DNA from: Eledone cirrhosa
Lineage: Eukaryota
Assembly: GCA_964016885.1 (NCBI GenBank)
Contig: OZ024740.1
Location: 319,858,001 to 319,922,000, forward strand
DNA length: 64,000 nt
Direction of reading: 5' to 3'
The position numbers and the translations under genes were made by a program. Positions 55,041 to 64,000 of the stretch are shown here, in pieces. Each line of letters begins with the position of its first letter. The stretch's first letter is position 1. The notes below the pieces were generated by a model that saw nothing but the letters and a program-made list of their open reading frames with translations, ran no database searches and was not told the origin of the DNA.

Positions 55041-56616
55041 ATGACTCAAACACTCTTCATTTTCCTGACATTTGTACATTGCCCTATCCCGCCGAAGTTA
55101 ACTTCGCCTTTTATCCTTACGGGGTCGATAAAATAAAGTACCAGTGATGTACTGCGATAATTGCTAGCCTTGTACCAAAAGTAGAAACAATTATTCTAAG
55201 TATTATACATGCACTTTGATGAGTTGTAGTGCACTTGAGCACTGTACGCAATAATTCTCATGGAGGATTGGCAGAATCGGTAGAGCGACGGACTACGTGT
55301 TTTGCGGCATGTAGTTACGGTTATTTACGTTCTGAGTTCAAAATCCAGCCGAGGTTAGCTTTGCCTTTCATCCTTACTGGGTCGATAAAATAAAGCACCA
55401 GTTACAAACTGGGATTGATCTGATCGACTTTTCTCTTCCCCTTCAAATTGCTGGCCTTGTGCCAAATGCAGAAACAATTATTATTATTATTATTTAAGCA
55501 TTCTATTTGACGTTTTAACAACTCTACCAATTCACCACCTATAATACATCACTACATAGCAATAAATACAGAATTACCATAGACACTAATATATTTTTAC
55601 AAGGTTAAATCTTGGCTTTTGTCATTCTTCTTTACGTTAACACCTTCCCTGGTTTTTTTAGCCAACATAATCTTTTATCGTTGACTCAACTTACATTCCT
55701 GCCACACTTTTTACTACCAATCTTGTCACCTATTAAAGAAAAATAAATGAAAGCTCGCTACTAGGGTATTTGTTGACAGGCTCATTCAACAACAAAATGT
55801 ATACCAAATAGATTTCAAGAGTGCATAGTACTACTTTATATCAACTCATTATCACTAATCAACCTTAGATGCGTAACTTAATGATTATAGAGTCGTGGGT
55901 TCGATTCCTGGTACTCCCCGTTTTGGTTTTTAGAGATTGACAGGTCTGCATCTGTATTTTTAATCAATTACATTTTCTTCACTCCTTACACTAGTACCGA
56001 GTCTATTAGTAATACACCATCGTTGTGTTTTCATAGGATTGTCAGGATCGTTAGAACATCGGATAAAATTCTTAGCGGCATTTGTTCTTGATCTTTACAT
56101 TCTGAGTTCAAATCTTGTCGAAGTCATCTTTGTATTTTATCCAACCGGGGGTCGATAAAATAAAGTACCAGTCAAATACTGAGGTCAATACAATTGGCTT
56201 TCCCCTCTCCTCCCCATAAATTGCAGGCTTTGTTCCTCAATTTTAAATCATATTGGAACGTTATCCTCATTACGAGCGCCTGAACACACAACAACAACAA
56301 AAACAATAACAACATGAAACACTGGTTGCCGTTGTTGTTGTTGTTTTGCAATAGGTCAAACTTGATCCGGGAAAATTATGATGGAAACCATTCCATCCGT
56401 GACTACTTCGTCATTCAATCACTGCTGCTGTTTCTCACCTCCTAAACCTTGTAAACGCATTGTCCAGTCTGTCTTCTCTAGTAGGGAGATTACTGAAGTT
56501 CAATCTTCACTTATTTAAATGTTCATTTCAGCCCACATTCTCTTCTCTCTCTCTCTCTCTCCCTCTCTCTCTCTCTATATATCTATATATATCTATATAT
56601 CTCACTCTATATATAC

Positions 56617-56654
<38 letters not shown>

Positions 56655-56659
<5 letters not shown>

Positions 56660-57150
56660 TTAGAGCTCTGAAATAGCAATATATATATGAATGTATATAT
56701 AATGTATTTTGCAATACACTTTATGCTTAATTAAAAGCATTTTGAAGACCGTATGCAATTGTTTTAGAGTAGTGACAAACTCACTTACTTTAATCTCAGC
56801 AAACAAGGGTTATATATACATTCATATATATATTGCTATTTCAGAGCTCCAATTCTAATTTTTAATTTCTGCCTGACCGGCAACCGCTCTGTATAATCAG
56901 TTCCTGATTATTTACTAGAATTCTATAAGAATATAACATCAGCGATCTCAGTAGACAGGAGGGAGTAGTTAGCCTTGATAAGCATCAATAAATGCGAAAC
57001 AAGGCCTTGTCGGCTTATCTCCCCTTGTTTGCTGAGATTAAAGTAAGTGAGTTTCTCACTACTCTAAAACAATAGCATACGGTCTTCAAAATGCTTTTAA
57101 TTAAGCATAAAGTGTATTGCAAAATACATTATATATACATTCATATATAT
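56655..57150. mobile_element. Fold-back PLE-type element with hammerhead
   Basis: 56680-56810 is inverted against 57022-57150; HHR at 56971-57015. Confidence 0.75.
56971..57015 (+). ncRNA. Type I hammerhead, U3-A8 variant
   Basis: agcc-TTGATAA-gcat(caataa)atgc-GAAAC-aaggcctt-GTC-ggct. Confidence 0.75.
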
Positions 57151-57204
57151 ATATATATGAATAAAAACCGACCCTCGTTTTTTATTCATATATATATAGA
57201 GAGA

Positions 57205-57285
<81 letters not shown>

Positions 57286-57463
57286 TGTTGTGCAAGGTTT
57301 TTTATATGAAACAAAAATTGCTATGCTTAGGGAGGGTCATATTGATGTAATATTGCAGGAAATAATAACAGAAAGCACTCAATGTTTGGTTGGTTTTCGC
57401 TTCTGTATCTTTTATATCTCCATAGTTAATTTATTTGGCAATCAATGTTTATAATACACACAC

Positions 57464-58534
<1,071 letters not shown>

Positions 58535-58771
58535 ACATTGATTGGCAAATAAATTAACTATGAAAATAATAAAGTTACAGAAGCGAAAACCAACCAAACA
58601 TTGAGTGTGTTCTGTTATTATTTCTGGGAATATTACAACACTATGAACCTCCCAGAGTATAACAACATATATATATAAGTATTGATGTTTCCGTTGAAAA
58701 TTGAAAAAGTCAGAGGAATGAAGAGTGCTCTATGTAAGTTGAGGAGATTTTTCAAATGTTTCACTGTTTTA

Positions 58772-58849
58772 AATTGCCTTGTCTGATGAACGAATGTGGA
58801 CGTTTCTTGTATTCGTCTTATTCGGGAAACCTCTGGTAATGAGGTAATT
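58772..58849 (+). ncRNA. Type I hammerhead with 11-bp stem I
   Basis: aattgccttgt-CTGATGA-a-cgaat..attcg-g-GAAAC-c(tct)g-GTA-atgaggtaatt. Confidence 0.7.
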
Positions 58850-58862
58850 ATACTGTATTGTT

Positions 58863-59290
<428 letters not shown>

Positions 59291-59729
59291 TTTAGTACAG
59301 CATTAACGAAGCCTTAGTTTGCGGCCAAGCTAACGAATGCAAATTCGGTATGTAGCTTTAGCACTCGAATGGGAATAGTACCCCAGAGTAATAACAATAC
59401 GTTTAGACAGCTTAGCAAATCAAATATAGCGATAGGCAGTCCAGCCGCATTACCACAGCAACGAGAATGGTCGGACTCAGGAAAAGATTTTAGACTGACC
59501 TGGACATAACGGTGAGACCGAATGCAACATATAATGTATATCGTATAGCATACGATATACATCACATACAGCACACATCAGCGCTAGGTTTCTGCAAATC
59601 CAAGATCGACAAATTCCGCTTGCAGGGGTCTGCAAGTTAATGGTCTTTGACGACAGAAGAAAGGATTTACTTCTTCAACAAGTCTTGTGTTCTTTAGCCT
59701 TTTCGGGTATGTTCTACCAGTAAATTTCG

Positions 59730-59770
<41 letters not shown>

Positions 59771-59830
59771 AAACATGGGAAGAAAGAGGAAAACTGCGTG
59801 GTTGCACATGGGTTACATATTATAAAATTA

Positions 59831-59933
59831 GTCCCTCATCAGTGATTTGCCAACCATCATTGGTATTTCATCGCATTAAAAATCATATACCTCAGGTTGG
59901 TGCGAGCAATAACTAAAATAAGCTATTGGGACA
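59831..59933 (-). ncRNA. Rearranged hammerhead ribozyme, copy C
   Basis: tgtcc-hairpin-ctcgca-ccaacc-tg-aggtat-A-tgattt-ttaa-tgcga-t-GAAA-tacc-aatgat-ggttgg-c-aaatca-CTGATGA-gggac. Confidence 0.78.
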
Positions 59934-60190
59934 AGTGAATCGTGTAAAGCGAGTGAGACAAGTAAACAACATAGAAGGAAAAGCAAACCGAAGGTAGGAA
60001 AAAAGCAAGCAACATGATGGTTATCCGGTCAGCATAATCTGGGTGAATTTCATGGGCGGTCAGAAAACAGACCATCCGACGTGAATGAGATGTGAGAAAG
60101 AAAGAATCCCACTACTAACGAGGGTGTGCGCTTGCATGTGTGATTTGTATGCATCTGTATGACTGCCTGTTTATTTTTTCATCTATATCT

Positions 60191-60229
<39 letters not shown>

Positions 60230-60502
60230 GTGTGAATCCGAAATATATAGGGACAATTAAATCTCTCCCAAGGTAACTCACTCTCGTGTTGTTATTTTTA
60301 TTTTATCCTTTATACTCTTTCCTTCATTCCTCTACACGTCTTATACACACCACGCATCGCAACGTACACCCACTTACATCTCTCTCTCCACCACCGGATC
60401 TTGTTACCCGCAGATTTACCCATTTGCATTGTCGAGGCTTCCAAACGACTTAAAGATATTTACCTATTATTCCACAATGCTTCAAGCAAACTTCAATACT
60501 CT

Positions 60503-60548
<46 letters not shown>

Positions 60549-60883
60549 ACACTCTCCTTCTCGTGCCACTGACCTGTAATACACCAACGTACATATTAAC
60601 AGTCTTAACCCAGTTAGTTTAGGTTTATAAGCCAATGAAGAGGGAGCAGGCTTTAAAACATAGCTATAGGCACCAACTTCGCTGCAGACAGCCGAAGAAA
60701 AGAACGTTTCATTGCGATATTGTCATTACGTGGAAAATAGCGTCGTTTTGGTAGAGTCAGCTCCAGCTAGAACTATGACATAAGGATGTTGTCACAGCAA
60801 ATGGCTACTTTGCTGTTGTTGTTGTTGTTGATGATGATGGTGTTGTTGTTGGGAGTGATGGTGGTGGTGGTGGTGTTGGTGGT

Positions 60884-60926
<43 letters not shown>

Positions 60927-61204
60927 GCAATGGGTAAGAGATCCTCGGGGGGTATCATGTGATTAACTCCAGCCAATTAATCTCTAGCAGGAGGTTAGTG
61001 TCAAATTTGACGGCTTCTTTGTTTGTATTTTCGCCAAAATTCTATATTAATTATTGTTCTTTCTAGACAAAAGACGAACCGGGTAGCTATGTTGTCTTTA
61101 ATTAATTAATGTAGTTTTGTGTTTTATGTCACACCACATGCCACCACCTACATGTATACATACACACATATACACACACACATGCTCTAGCACAAACGCG
61201 CTTG

Positions 61205-61460
61205 CACATACAGACGCTCTCACACACACTCTCACACACACGCTCTCATACATACACACGCTCTCACACATACGTTCTCACACACACGCTCTCACGCACA
61301 CGCTCTCACATACACACGCTCTCACACATACGTTCTCACACACACGCTCTCACGCACACGCTCTCACACATACACACGCTCTCACACATACGTTCTCACA
61401 CACGCTCTCACACACATGCCCTCACACACAGGCTCTCACATACACGCTCTCACAGACACG
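61205..61460. repeat. CA-derived compound minisatellite (ACACGCTCTCAC/ATACGTTCTCAC)
   Basis: Direct reading. Confidence 0.85.
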
Positions 61461-61525
61461 CTCACACTCATACACGGACGCACACTCGCTCGCACTCGCA
61501 CACATACATGTACACACACGCACAC

Positions 61526-61576
<51 letters not shown>

Positions 61577-61715
61577 CTCGCAGACGCACACACATACACA
61601 TGCTCGCACACTCACACATATACACACGTGCAACGAAAGATATCAATGCATGTTAATGTGTGTGTGCGTGTGTGTGTGTGTGTGTGTACGAGTGTGTGTG
61701 TATGAGTGTGTGTGT

Positions 61716-61782
<67 letters not shown>

Positions 61783-62385
61783 GTATTTGTTGCTGTAGAA
61801 ATAGTCTTGTAGTCACTTTTGTATATTTTTGAATATTTTTGCAGGCGCTTTTGTAGTTATTTTTGTATATGTTCCTATATCTTTGTACATTTTTCGTTCC
61901 AAAAATGTGCGTTAATATTTATTGATCTTTTACGGAATACTGTGTAGCTGTGGTGTTTCTTCGTGGTTTGTTTGCCATTTGAACTTAGCTACTGCCTATA
62001 ACAAAGGCCAGTTAATTATGACACTATAATTAATTATTTATGAGCATACAGATAAGGAATTAGACTAACAACCAGAGATTGTTAATTCAAATTCGTTTCA
62101 TGTTTCGTTGGGTCTCGTAGTAAGATACTTTATTCTAGGTATATGCCAAGGTCGAGGTACCTCTTTTATCCTTCCCGTGTTGATAACATGAAGCACCAAG
62201 TTAACCACTGGTTGATTTGGTTGTAAATATATTGATTCAACTGCAATTTCTCCGCACAGGGAGAGTTGTGGTTGTGGTTGAATGTTAGTGCAATTATTTT
62301 TTATAACTAATTCCCTCAGAGTTGAATAGCCACACCAACGCGCAATTGGCCAAGCGTGGTGAGTACGCCTACACCCCTGATATGA

Positions 62386-62554
62386 CCAAAACCATACAGA
62401 AAATGATGGAGGTCAACCAGGGAGAGGTTTCTCCAACAGGAGCCAAAACCATACAGAAAGTGATGGAGGTCAACCAAGGAGAGGTTCCTCCAACAGGAGC
62501 CAAAACCATACAGAAAATGATGGAGGTCAACCAGGGAGAGGTTCCTCCAACAGG
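62386..62554. repeat. 57-bp tandem repeat, 3 copies
   Basis: Units start CCAAAACCATACAG at 62386, 62443 and 62500. Confidence 0.95.
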
Positions 62555-63667
62555 AATGAGAAGGCTCTGGATTGGATTGGACTTAGTTTTTGCATCCGCG
62601 AGCTACTAATTATTAACATCATTCTTTAAAATGTTTCATTTAATTATCGATTTATAGACAAGCTTACAATTGTTTTCAAATATAAATTTATATTTTTAAC
62701 CAAAGCTGAACATAATAATTGTTTCTGATTAAGGCACAAGGCCAGCAATTGTGGGGGGGGGGGCTGAATGAAGCTTTTCCCTACCTCCAAAATAGCCTTC
62801 CGCCACAGTGCATTACTAGTGCTTTATTTTATCGGCCCCGTAAGGATGAAAGGCAAAGCTAATCTCATCGGGATTTGAACTCAGAGCGTAAATGGACATA
62901 ACTATATGTCGCACAGCATATTGACTGAGGCTCTACCGATTCCGCCAATTTACTGCCCTTTTTAATAATATTTTCTAAGAATTTAGGAGAAGGGGGAAGA
63001 CAATTATATCAATCCCCAGCACTTAACTGGTATTTTATTTTATTGACCCTAAAAGGATGAAAAGCAAAATGGTATTTGAACTCAGAATTTGTTATAATGG
63101 TTTCTGATTTAGGCACAAGGCTAACAATTTTGGGGGCTGGGAAAGTCGATTAAATTGACCTCAGTGAATTACTGGTACTTTATTTTATTGACTCCGCAAT
63201 GATGAAAGGTGGGATTTGAACACAGAATGTAAAGGGCCGAAACACTGAGCCGTAAAGCATGTTTTCCGACGCTGTTCCGATATTGCTAATCCACTGCTCT
63301 TACCGCTGAACGTAATAACAGAAAGAGAACTCATATGAACTGATACGAGAATACAAATAGTCTCACAATCCTAGTTAGTATTCACCATTTTAGTTTAACC
63401 AACAATAAATTTAATTCCGATGTAAAAACATGGGCACGATGTCACAAATTTTGCAGGGAAAATGTAGTCGAAAATAAAGACCACAGTAACATGATCGTTA
63501 TTCATTTCATAATGACGTTGTTGCTGAAATAACTACTAGACATAAAAACGACATAAACGACGAAAAGTCAATTGTAAGCTTGAGCCCACACGAAGGTTTT
63601 ATCTTCACGTGGCAATCCGTTTTAAACCATGGTTGACTTCAACGAAGTCTACTGTGTTGCAAACATT

Positions 63668-64000
63668 TGGACAAGATCTACCGATGGTTTCAAAATATCA
63701 AGATTTTTTACCTTTACATAAGTAGTAACCTGGGTATTTGTATAAACAACCGATTTTTATATAATCTCTCCGTAGATAGAAGAGGGGTTGTCTTGATTGA
63801 TTTCAATCTTATATTGTGATCACACGAGCAGTTTTCTGTAGACAGAAGTAGAGAGGTCAGTTTGGGGACTAGGTCTACTAATGGTTTTAAAATATCAAGA
63901 TTTTTTACCTTTACATAATTAGTACATTGGGTATTTGTATAAACAAATTGGGTCTTTTTTAATATAATATTTTCGTAGACAGAAGTAAAGAAGTCATCTT
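63668..64000. repeat. Diverged tandem duplication of about 195 bp
   Basis: AAAATATCAAGATTTTTTACCTTTACATAA at about 63692 and 63889. Confidence 0.8.

Noticed and set aside
55262-55350. tRNA genes suggested by A/B boxes
   Set aside because: These are SINE heads without a cloverleaf, followed by the SINE body
59575-59685. HHR-like TTGAAGA-gtaaatcc..ggatttgc-GAAAC on the minus strand
   Set aside because: Stem II is good, but there is no cleavage triplet or stem I
62322-62609. 95-aa ORF with 19-aa repeats
   Set aside because: Explained by a 57-bp tandem duplication; non-ATG start and no exon evidence

Overview
AT-rich, microsatellite-saturated eukaryotic DNA with no recognisable host exon. The tRNA-derived SINE families resemble octopus OK/OR SINEs, so a coleoid cephalopod is inferred. 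Most of the ORF track is (TA)n/(CA)n/(GA)n noise. Recognisable elements are a decayed hAT transposase, a Tx1-clade LINE with its RT core deleted, the 5' half of a Helitron, Penelope-like element (PLE) RT and GIY-YIG fragments, RTE and R4/Dong LINE fragments, mariner/Tigger elements and many SINEs. The hidden signal is RNA structure. I found about 20 hammerhead ribozyme (HHR) motifs by eye, from roughly ten unrelated (TA)n-embedded, fold-back PLE-type families. These include two retrozyme-like tandem arrays (8.1-9.4 kb and 35.7-38.7 kb). Most notable are three divergent copies (44.3, 53.5, 59.9 kb) of a non-circularly permuted, multiply pseudoknotted hammerhead whose helices show compensatory changes. 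All structures were folded by hand and none has been tested for activity.
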